Part shown: piece after piece, positions 41,196 through 49,037 of the stretch | How the letters are laid out: each line of letters opens with the position of its first letter | Numbering within the stretch: the stretch's first letter is position 1 | Source: Alphaproteobacteria bacterium | Lineage (GTDB): Bacteria; Pseudomonadota; Alphaproteobacteria; CBDDJK01 | Reading direction: 5' to 3' | DNA: 64,000 bases | Assembly: GCA_965229605.1 (NCBI GenBank) | Contig: OZ245892.1 | Location: 1,608,102-1,672,101 of the forward strand | Program-made: the position numbers and the translations under genes | Notes under the pieces: generated by a model | Databases searched by the model: none | Seen by the model: only the letters and a program-made list of their open reading frames with translations | What the model was told of the DNA's origin: nothing

Positions 41196-41815
41196 GCAAT
41201 ATAACCATCCGCGCCATGATGCAGATTGACAATCTGCAACCAAAATTTGCTGCCTATAACGGGGCAACGGTTCAAGGGTCCATTCCGCTTTCAGGCGACA
41301 CCGTCCTTATCGGTGAACTGGCCCCGGGCAACGGCGTTTTTGGCCTGATTGACCGGGCCTTGAAAGCCTCGGCGGTTGAAGCCACCTCCCAGATCGTTGA
41401 ACGGGAATTTGGCTTTTTCATCCTGCGCTCGCCGTCCAATGCCGAAGTCAGCATGGCCAGAGATTCTATCCTGTCCGAACTTGGCGCGACCCTGTCTGAT
41501 CGCCTTAAACCTGAAATCAGCTCAACCCAGATTATCACCTCGGTTGAACCCCATCAGGCACAGCTTCTCAACAAATGGCGAAAAGGGTCGCTTCTGGTTC
41601 CCGGACAAACCCTCGGCATTATCGAATGTGCGCCTGCGGCCTATATTTCGATTGCGGCAAACGAGGCCGAAAAAGCCGCAGAAATAGATATGGTCGAAAT
41701 CCGTGCGGTTGGACGCTTTGGTCGGCTTTTTATCTCGGGGTCGGAAAATTCGGTAAAGACCGCCGTTGAGGCCGCCATTAAAGCCATTGATGCCGTTGAT
41801 GGAAAATCCGGCTAA
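41192..41815 (+). CDS. tandem-BMC-domain shell protein (BMC-T)
   Basis: The protein is 207 aa with two BMC-like halves. The second half, …GIIECAPAAYISIAANEAEKAAEIDMVEIRAVGRFGRLFISGSENSVKTAVEAAI…, fits the BMC fold. The start is a TTG overlapping the ALDH stop (or the ATG at 41216). Confidence 0.65.
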   Translation: MSNITIRAMMQIDNLQPKFAAYNGATVQGSIPLSGDTVLIGELAPGNGVFGLIDRALKASAVEATSQIVEREFGFFILRSPSNAEVSMARDSILSELGATLSDRLKPEISSTQIITSVEPHQAQLLNKWRKGSLLVPGQTLGIIECAPAAYISIAANEAEKAAEIDMVEIRAVGRFGRLFISGSENSVKTAVEAAIKAIDAVDGKSG

Positions 41816-43002
41816 TGGCAGGACGAATTGTCGGATCGGAACTGATTGAGGATGCCCGCCAGCGCGGACGGATCGTCTTTGAAGTGCTGCCTGATGATAT
41901 CATCACCGCGCTTGCCCGGGAAACTGCCGAGCGTCTTGGCATAAAGCTGGTAAACGGGCCCATCGAAAAACCCGCCGCTGTCAGGACAGATGGACAGTCT
42001 GCAATGCGGCGTGGATTATATCGGCGCGGCGCAAAATGGGTGGCCCCACGCAGATCGCTTTCTGCGACAACCAGACGCTTTACAAAAATCGGCCTGATCG
42101 GGGCTGGAGGCGTTGGCACCAACATTGCCCATCTGGCCGCCATGAGCGATATGGCAGACGAAATCACGCTGGTTGATATTGCACCGGGCATTGCGGCGGC
42201 AACCGCGCTTGATCTCAATCACGCCAGCGGCATCACCCGAAGCCGCGCCCGCTGCATCGGCAGTGAAGACCTGAGTGCTATTTCCGGGTCAGATGTTGTC
42301 GTTGTAACGGCTGGAAGGGCGCGCACGCCTGGCATGAGTCGCAGTGATTTAATTGAAACAAATGCACGGGTCATTCGTTCTGCTGGCGAGGCGATAAAAA
42401 CGGTCGCCCCCCATGCCATCGCCCTTGTTGTCACCAATCCGCTTGATGAAATGACTGTCGAGATGTTGCGGGCAACCGGTTTTCCACGAGAACGGGTGCT
42501 TGGCATGGCTGGCACACTTGATTCCAGCCGCTTCAGACATGCGCTTGCCCGGGCAGCCGGAGTCACGCCAGCAGATGTTGAAGCGATTACGCTTGGCAGC
42601 CATGGCGAGGAAATGGCCCCCATCCCTTCCCTGGCCCGGATCAAAGGACGTGCGCTCACAACCTGTTTGAGCGAGGATCAGATTAACGCCTGTGTTCAAG
42701 AGGCGGTGACAGGTGGCGGACAGGTTGTTGCGTTGAAAAAATCCGGTTCCGCCACAATCGCGCCCGCCCATGCAACCATCGAGATTATGAATCATCTGCG
42801 GGGTGCCCTTAGTGGATCTGTGCCTGTATCGGTGATGCTCAAGGGGGAATATGGGATTTCCGATGTCGTTTTGGGGGTACCAGCGCATCTTGGGCAGAGT
42901 GGCTTGCTGGAAGTTGAAGAATTGCGCCTTTCTGAACAGGAATTGACCGCACTCAGAAAAGCGGCAGGTGCGATCAAAGAACGTATCGGGATAAACGGAT
43001 GA
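41815..43002 (+). CDS. L-lactate/malate dehydrogenase family protein with an about 95-aa N-terminal extension
   Basis: The LDH/MDH core runs from KIGLIGAGGVGTNIA…ITLVDI…VVVTAGRARTPGMSRSDL…LDSSRFRHAL. The N-terminal about 95 aa (MAGRIVGSELIEDARQRGRIVFEVLPDDIITALARETAERLGIKLV…) is not part of the LDH fold. The start overlaps the BMC-T stop (TAATG). Confidence 0.75.
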   Translation: MAGRIVGSELIEDARQRGRIVFEVLPDDIITALARETAERLGIKLVNGPIEKPAAVRTDGQSAMRRGLYRRGAKWVAPRRSLSATTRRFTKIGLIGAGGVGTNIAHLAAMSDMADEITLVDIAPGIAAATALDLNHASGITRSRARCIGSEDLSAISGSDVVVVTAGRARTPGMSRSDLIETNARVIRSAGEAIKTVAPHAIALVVTNPLDEMTVEMLRATGFPRERVLGMAGTLDSSRFRHALARAAGVTPADVEAITLGSHGEEMAPIPSLARIKGRALTTCLSEDQINACVQEAVTGGGQVVALKKSGSATIAPAHATIEIMNHLRGALSGSVPVSVMLKGEYGISDVVLGVPAHLGQSGLLEVEELRLSEQELTALRKAAGAIKERIGING

Positions 43003-43403
43003 TTATCAAACACCGAGCCGGTGGACGGTTTGAGGAAATCGGGTCCTATTCGCGGGCAAAGCGGGTTGGCCCCTTTGTTTATGTGGCTGGCACGACTGCC
43101 ATCGAACCAAGCGGGAAACTGCATGCCCCCGGCGATACCTATGCGCAATCAATCTTTATTCTGGGACGCATTGAAAATGCCTTAAAGGAAGTTGGCGCAA
43201 ATCTGACCCATGTGGTCCGCACCCGCGCCTATTTGACGGATATGTCGCAGGCTGGTGGCTTTGTTCGTGCGCATGGCGAGGTTTTTAAATATATTGATCC
43301 GGTGCTGACAGGCGTTGAAGCCGGACTGACCCAGCCCGGCATGATGGTCGAAATTGATGTCGATGCCATCATTCATAATGCCGATGGCGTGATCGACTAT
43401 TAG
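42999..43403 (+). CDS. ridA: RidA family (YjgF/L-PSP) reactive enamine/imine deaminase
   Basis: The protein is 134 aa; …VYVAGTTAIEP…AQSIFILGRIENALKEVGANLTHVVRTRAYLTDM… is the RidA signature. The ATG overlaps the upstream stop (ATGA). Confidence 0.8.
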   Translation: MIIKHRAGGRFEEIGSYSRAKRVGPFVYVAGTTAIEPSGKLHAPGDTYAQSIFILGRIENALKEVGANLTHVVRTRAYLTDMSQAGGFVRAHGEVFKYIDPVLTGVEAGLTQPGMMVEIDVDAIIHNADGVIDY

Positions 43404-43418
43404 GGACCCAAACCTGGT

Positions 43419-44126
43419 TCACGCCCCAAAATAACTTTTTGCCAGCATATCATCTTTGGACAATTCTGCCGCCGTTCCACTCGCCGTTATATGTCCGCTT
43501 TCCAGCACATATAATCTCTGGGCAAGCGAAAGGGCAAAATTCGCATTTTGCTCGGTCACAATAACCGTCAGGCCAAACTCGGCACTCAATCGCTTTAAAA
43601 CCTCGGCAATCTCCAGACAGATTTTTGGCGCAAGACCTATCGTCGGCTCGTCAACCAGAAGAATCCTCGGCGAGGTCATCATGGCCCGGCCCAGCGAAAC
43701 CATCTGACGCTCTCCACCAGACTGGGTTGAGGTCTCCTGATTTTTGCGCTCCGCAAGACGCGGAAACAACTGCTCAACGGCTGCAAGATTTTTCGCGATA
43801 TCGTCTCTTGCGCTATAGGCTCCGACAAGCAAATTATCGCGCACCGACATATGGGGAAAGAGATTAAAACGCTCCGGCGCATAGCCAAGACCCTGCTCAA
43901 CCATATATTTTGGCTTCTTGCCTGTGACATCAATACCCTCCAGCTTGATCGTCCCACGGCACGAAACCAGCCCCATGATACTATCCAGAAGCGTCGATTT
44001 GCCAGCCCCGTTTGCGCCAACAATCGCAATGGTTTCCCCCTCCTCAACATGCAAATTAATATCCGTGAGGGCTTGAGCCTTGCCGTAAAAAGCACTCAGA
44101 TTTTCAATCTCGAGCAATGACATCAA
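43419..44126 (-). CDS. ABC transporter ATP-binding protein, LivF-type (branched-chain amino acid/amide family)
   Basis: Walker A GANGAGKSTLL and the LSGGERQ signature are present. The protein is 235 aa. Confidence 0.8.
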   Translation of the reverse strand: MMSLLEIENLSAFYGKAQALTDINLHVEEGETIAIVGANGAGKSTLLDSIMGLVSCRGTIKLEGIDVTGKKPKYMVEQGLGYAPERFNLFPHMSVRDNLLVGAYSARDDIAKNLAAVEQLFPRLAERKNQETSTQSGGERQMVSLGRAMMTSPRILLVDEPTIGLAPKICLEIAEVLKRLSAEFGLTVIVTEQNANFALSLAQRLYVLESGHITASGTAAELSKDDMLAKSYFGA

Positions 44127-44854
44127 GCGGCTCCCAGGTAAGAGGAACGCACAGATTCATCCGCAAGAACATCCTTGAAGCTGCCTTGTGCCAGCAAGCT
44201 GCCGCGCTCAATCGCAAGGGCACGGTCCACAAGCGGCTCCATCGCCGGAAGATCATGACTGACCATCAAAAAGGTGAAACCGTCCTTGCGCAGCTTTTGA
44301 ATGACCTCTGATATCATGGAAATTTCACCCCGGGTGAGACCGGCAAACACCTCGTCCAGCAAGAGTATTTTTGCCCCCGTCGCCAATGTACGCGCAAATT
44401 CAAGTTTGCGCAGATCCCCCATCGCAAGCTCAGAAACCTGCCGCTCAAGGTCTGTGGGCGAAAAACCAACAGCTTCAGCAAGTTCCTGTTCTTTATTGAG
44501 ATCGCTTTTGGCAAAAATCATCCGCAAAATACTGTCCGGCATAAGACCCACCCGAATATTCTCCCGAACCGTCAGGTCCCCAAAAGGCTTGGGTACCTGA
44601 TAGGTGCGGCTCACCCCTTTTGAAATCCTCTGCGCCGTGCCAAGCTTTGAAATCTCCTTGCCAAACAATTTGATCGACCCGCTGGTCTGAATATGCTCCC
44701 CCATAATCAAGGAGAAAATCGTGGTCTTGCCTGCACCATTCGGGCCAATCAGACCCAGCGACTCGCCTTCAAACAGATCAAAACTCAGATCATTGGTAGC
44801 AACCAGCCCGCCAAACTTCTTGACCAGATTGCGCACCTCAATGACAGCACTCAT
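44123..44854 (-). CDS. ABC transporter ATP-binding protein, LivG-type
   Basis: The start MSAVIEVRNLVKKFGG follows a GAGGGG RBS, and Walker A GPNGAGKTT is present. I rejected the longer ORF to 44992. Confidence 0.8.
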   Translation of the reverse strand: MSAVIEVRNLVKKFGGLVATNDLSFDLFEGESLGLIGPNGAGKTTIFSLIMGEHIQTSGSIKLFGKEISKLGTAQRISKGVSRTYQVPKPFGDLTVRENIRVGLMPDSILRMIFAKSDLNKEQELAEAVGFSPTDLERQVSELAMGDLRKLEFARTLATGAKILLLDEVFAGLTRGEISMISEVIQKLRKDGFTFLMVSHDLPAMEPLVDRALAIERGSLLAQGSFKDVLADESVRSSYLGAA

Positions 44855-45795
44855 CAAGCTTTTCCCCTCAACCGTGTAATGGCAGTTTCCACAATCGCCA
44901 CAATGCCTTTCGGCTGATACATATATAAAACCAGCGCAATCCCGCCATAGACGAAATAACGCTCGGCTCCTGGCAGAAAAGGCCGCAGCCACTCCAATAG
45001 AAATACAAGGAAAAAAGCCCCGAAGATTGGGCCGATAATGGTCCCGGCCCCGCCAATCAGGGCCGCAACCAGAATTGTGAACAGGAAATTGATGTCAAAC
45101 AATGCACGCGGGGCAAGCGACCCCAGATAGTGAACATAAAATGCACCCGACACACCGGCAACAAAAGCAGAAACCAGAAAGGCAAAAGCTTTCAGCCTGG
45201 TCGTGGACAAGCCGGACCCCGCAACACTCTCTTCATTCATGCCGATGGCCCAAAGGGCGGTGCCAACCCGGGTCCGCATAAGCAACCAGGCCCCGATGGA
45301 CAAAACCAGCAAAACGGAAACGGCAAGATAATAGCCGTTTTCAGCCCCCCGCGTAAGGGTTTGAATGCCAGACATTCCGCGTGTGCCGCCGGTCAGATCA
45401 GGGCGGATAACCTGAACCAGCTGATACATCAATTCCATGAAGGCAAGGGTAACCAAAGCAAAATAGGAGCCTTTGATGCGCAGTGCGGGCATTAAAATAA
45501 TCAGCCCGGCGATCATGGTGACAATGACCGCGATTGGAATGGAAAACTCCACAGGGACATCAAAACGCTTGCTGAGAATGGCGGTTGTATAAGCGGCGAT
45601 CCCGATCAGGAACGGATGACCAAAACTTATATAGCCTGTTCGCCCGGACAGAATGTCCCAGGAAACCGCAAAAGCTGCAAGATAACAGGCAAATATCATG
45701 GTTCTTAATGTGCCTTTTGAAACCAGTTCCGGCAGCAGCAGCAGCCCCAGAATAAAGGCCCCCCAAAGGGCGATATGATGGAATCGCAAATTCAT
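44854..45795 (-). CDS. ABC transporter permease, LivM-type
   Basis: It is a 313-aa polytopic membrane protein whose stop overlaps the livG-type start. Confidence 0.75.
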   Translation of the reverse strand: MNLRFHHIALWGAFILGLLLLPELVSKGTLRTMIFACYLAAFAVSWDILSGRTGYISFGHPFLIGIAAYTTAILSKRFDVPVEFSIPIAVIVTMIAGLIILMPALRIKGSYFALVTLAFMELMYQLVQVIRPDLTGGTRGMSGIQTLTRGAENGYYLAVSVLLVLSIGAWLLMRTRVGTALWAIGMNEESVAGSGLSTTRLKAFAFLVSAFVAGVSGAFYVHYLGSLAPRALFDINFLFTILVAALIGGAGTIIGPIFGAFFLVFLLEWLRPFLPGAERYFVYGGIALVLYMYQPKGIVAIVETAITRLRGKA

Positions 45796-45807
45796 TTAAT
45801 TTTCTGC

Positions 45808-46659
45808 TTAGCTTTCCGCGCGGCCAAAGATTCCTTGCGGGCGCAAAACAAGCACACCGATAATCAGCAGCATGGTAAAGACGCCCCGAAGCTCGGGCGC
45901 CCAGAGCGAAACAACGATGACTTCAAGAAATCCGATGATATGGGCCACCAGCAAGGTGCCGATAATTGAACCAATACCGCCGACAATCACGACTGCAACC
46001 GATATAATCAGGGGGGCAACCCACATCCCCGGGTAAAGCTGGGTGTATGATGCGAAGAAAACCCCGCCCAGCGCACCAAGCCCACCAGAAATTCCCCAGG
46101 TAATCAGGTTGATGCGATCTGGATCAACCCCGGAAATAGCCGCCCCCTTCGGGTCCATGGACACGGCTTGCATGGCCCGCCCCGTATGGGTGCGACTGAT
46201 ATAGAAGTAAAGGGCGATAATCACGGCCCAGCTGATCAGTGCTGCAACCAGAATATTAAAGGTAACTTGCGCGCCAGCAACGGTGATAACGCCTGGAATG
46301 ATCGGCAAAAGAATCTTCGAGCTGTCTCCGAACAACAGAATAATGCCTGCCTGAATGATAACAGCGACGATCAGTGTTGAAATTTCAACCGCAACATGAT
46401 TGCCTTTAAGCGGTTTGACAATGAACCGATGCTTCAGGCAGCCGATCAGAATGCCGATAAAGACTGCTCCCAGGATACCGATAAACTGCGGCATTCCAAG
46501 CAGCTGAGAAAGCCAGAAATAGCCATAGCCGCCTGCCATAATATATGCACCATAGGCAAGATTGAGTGTTCGCCCGACAGAAAATATCAACATAAATCCC
46601 ATCGATATCAGGGCATATAATCCACTCAAGAGCATACCCTGAATAATGATTTGCATCAT
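45808..46659 (-). CDS. ABC transporter permease, LivH-type
   Basis: It is a 283-aa polytopic membrane protein. Confidence 0.75.
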   Translation of the reverse strand: MMQIIIQGMLLSGLYALISMGFMLIFSVGRTLNLAYGAYIMAGGYGYFWLSQLLGMPQFIGILGAVFIGILIGCLKHRFIVKPLKGNHVAVEISTLIVAVIIQAGIILLFGDSSKILLPIIPGVITVAGAQVTFNILVAALISWAVIIALYFYISRTHTGRAMQAVSMDPKGAAISGVDPDRINLITWGISGGLGALGGVFFASYTQLYPGMWVAPLIISVAVVIVGGIGSIIGTLLVAHIIGFLEVIVVSLWAPELRGVFTMLLIIGVLVLRPQGIFGRAES

Positions 46660-46733
46660 TGATTTTAAACCTGTTGATAGATAAGGGCGATCATTTGACC
46701 GCCCTTATCTTGCACATATAGGTCTTGCACAGG

Positions 46734-48020
46734 TTAGTTTGACGGCACCCAGCTTGGCAGGTCAAACGTGGTGTTGGCATATTCAAACGGATAGACCACG
46801 CCGACAGAACCGTCTTCTTTCCATTGAATAACAACCATTGAAGGCTGTGCATCCTCATACGGTGCACTCAAATCAAAAAGCGCATTTTGCGGATAGGTCC
46901 GATTGGTCACTTCTTCAACCTCGCCATGCTGCCAGAATCCATAACGCAGCCAGAGTTTACCGTCTTTCTCCAGTTTGAGGTCTTGCTTCAGCATAGCCTT
47001 GTTCCAGGCCTTTGCTTCAAAGCCGCCTGCTTCTTCCGCAGCGGCCATCGCCTGCTTGAGTCCGTAATAGGCGTTAAAGCCGTTGAAATGAGGAATCTCC
47101 GGACGCGAAGTATATTTGGCCTGATAGGTATCGATAAATTTCTGGCTGACAGGATCAAGCTCAAACCCGACCGAAGGAACCGGGCTCAAGGTGGAAATGC
47201 CGCCACCGGCACCGCCTGTATCCCCCCAATATTCCAGACCCAAGGCAGAAACATTGATGCCGGTCATCGCCATTGGCACTTGCAGTTTCACATATTGTGA
47301 CGACATCACCTGCGAATTAACCGAAGAAATCTGATAGATGAAGTCTGCGCCCGTTTCCTGTGCTTTTGAAAAGATCGGCGCAAAGTCTACCGTGTTCACA
47401 TCATATTTGATGATATCCTTGACTTCAATGCCGGCAACAGGTGACAGCGCATCAGTGACCAGACCCGTGATGGCTTCACCAAAGGCCGTGTCTTCAGCAA
47501 GGACAACGACACTGTCAAACCCCATTTGTTTCTTGAGCACGTCCGCGCCAAACTGAATATAAAGCGTTGCAAGGGCCTCATCAGACGCAATATTCATAAA
47601 GTACGGAGCCATTAAATCAGGGTCTTCAACCACCATATCAATGATGCCGATATAAGAGGTCCAGGTGTCCAGAGTCGGGATTTGATATTCCTGCATACGC
47701 GGCAACCACCCCAATGACACATCGTCGATTGAACCAGAGATAATAAAGTCTACCTCTTCGGTTTCAGCAAGATATTCATAAGCCTTCACGCCTTCAGTGG
47801 GGTCTTCACCGGTATCTGCCTTGACCAGGGTTATTTTTTGCCCGCCGAGCACGCCGCCTCCGGCGTTTAGCTCTTCGATAGCAATTTCAGCCCCCCGCAA
47901 GGTGGAAAGCCCCGTATCAGAACTCAAAGAGCCGATAAAGCCGACTTTGATATCTGCTGATGCGGATGTCGCAATCAGGGCTGCCGAGACACCAGCAGCC
48001 AGCGTTTTCAATAGTTTCAT
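46734..48020 (-). CDS. ABC transporter periplasmic substrate-binding protein (LivK/amide-urea PBP1 family)
   Basis: The start MKLLKTLAAGVSAALIATSASA is a signal peptide after a GAGGAG RBS, followed by …DIKVGFIGSLSSDTGLSTLRGAEIAIEELN…. Confidence 0.7.
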   Translation of the reverse strand: MKLLKTLAAGVSAALIATSASADIKVGFIGSLSSDTGLSTLRGAEIAIEELNAGGGVLGGQKITLVKADTGEDPTEGVKAYEYLAETEEVDFIISGSIDDVSLGWLPRMQEYQIPTLDTWTSYIGIIDMVVEDPDLMAPYFMNIASDEALATLYIQFGADVLKKQMGFDSVVVLAEDTAFGEAITGLVTDALSPVAGIEVKDIIKYDVNTVDFAPIFSKAQETGADFIYQISSVNSQVMSSQYVKLQVPMAMTGINVSALGLEYWGDTGGAGGGISTLSPVPSVGFELDPVSQKFIDTYQAKYTSRPEIPHFNGFNAYYGLKQAMAAAEEAGGFEAKAWNKAMLKQDLKLEKDGKLWLRYGFWQHGEVEEVTNRTYPQNALFDLSAPYEDAQPSMVVIQWKEDGSVGVVYPFEYANTTFDLPSWVPSN

Positions 48021-48111
48021 TCTTTCACTCCTCTTTTTATATATGAATGATGTTTGTGTACATGGATACAATATATGATATAAGCAAACTCTAACCGAAA
48101 AAGACAGCCTT

Positions 48112-48921
48112 TTATTGATCAAAAGAATGTCTAAAGAAAACCCGAAGCTGATCGGTTACAATTTCCGGGTTTTCCAGATTAGAAATATGCCCGGCGTCTG
48201 GAATAACAGACAAGCTCCCTCTTTGAACACGCGCAGCAATCTCTGCCGAATAAGCGATAGGTGTTTCGTTGTCCTCCGCCCCGACCATGGCAAGAACCGG
48301 GCAGGCAATGTCCGGGAGCTTGTCCAGAGCATTATGGGCCCCGACCAGTCGGACAGAATGTTCAAGGCCGCTGCGTCGTGCCCTTGACATAGCACTTATA
48401 CAGGCAACCAAAGCGTCTTTGGAACAGGCCGGACCCGTCATCGCCGCACATAGCTCGGCACTCAATTCTTCTATCTTCACGCCAGCCGCAAGCCTGGCCA
48501 GTAGCGGATCAACAAATTCCTCAGGCTTCATGTCGCCGCTAAAGCCAAACTTCGGCGAACTGTCGAGGATGGCAACAGACGTGCAGATTTCCGGGTGTAC
48601 CTCTACAAAATGCTGCAAAATCATACCGCCCAGCGACAGTCCTGCAAAATGAGCCTTTTGCAGTCCCAGCTGTTGCGTGACGAAACGATGCAGTATCGCG
48701 ACAATTTCATCCATGTCAGAATCCGGGGAAACGTCTGAACTCTCGCCAAAGCCGGGCATGTCCCAGGCAATGCAGCGGAATTCATCTGAAAGATCAGTCA
48801 GTTGCGGCTCCCAAGAAGTCGCAGAGCCAACCAATGCATGGAGGAAAATAATCGGGGGGCCCGAAGTGCCTGCCTCCAGAAAAGAGATACCCCCCGCCAT
48901 GTGTTTTGAAATTGAGGTCAT
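48112..48921 (-). CDS. alpha/beta-fold hydrolase
   Basis: …PPIIFLHALVGSATSWEPQ… is followed by the nucleophile elbow GLSLGG. The start at MTSISKH is inferred. Confidence 0.7.
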   Translation of the reverse strand: MTSISKHMAGGISFLEAGTSGPPIIFLHALVGSATSWEPQLTDLSDEFRCIAWDMPGFGESSDVSPDSDMDEIVAILHRFVTQQLGLQKAHFAGLSLGGMILQHFVEVHPEICTSVAILDSSPKFGFSGDMKPEEFVDPLLARLAAGVKIEELSAELCAAMTGPACSKDALVACISAMSRARRSGLEHSVRLVGAHNALDKLPDIACPVLAMVGAEDNETPIAYSAEIAARVQRGSLSVIPDAGHISNLENPEIVTDQLRVFFRHSFDQ

Positions 48922-49037
48922 CTCGCAAGCCGTTTTATTTTTATTGCATTTGGAGCCGCAGAATGTATGAATAGGCTTATGTATACATGGATACATGCCC
49001 GTGTAAAGCCCCGGAATAAAGCCCTTGTGTAACGCCG

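Noticed and set aside
44855-44992. Extended N-terminus of the LivG-type ATPase (ORF-track start 44992)
   Set aside because: The extension overlaps the upstream permease gene and contains a Cys-rich non-homologous stretch. The conserved ABC N-terminus MSAVIEVRNL with a GAGGGG RBS begins at 44854.
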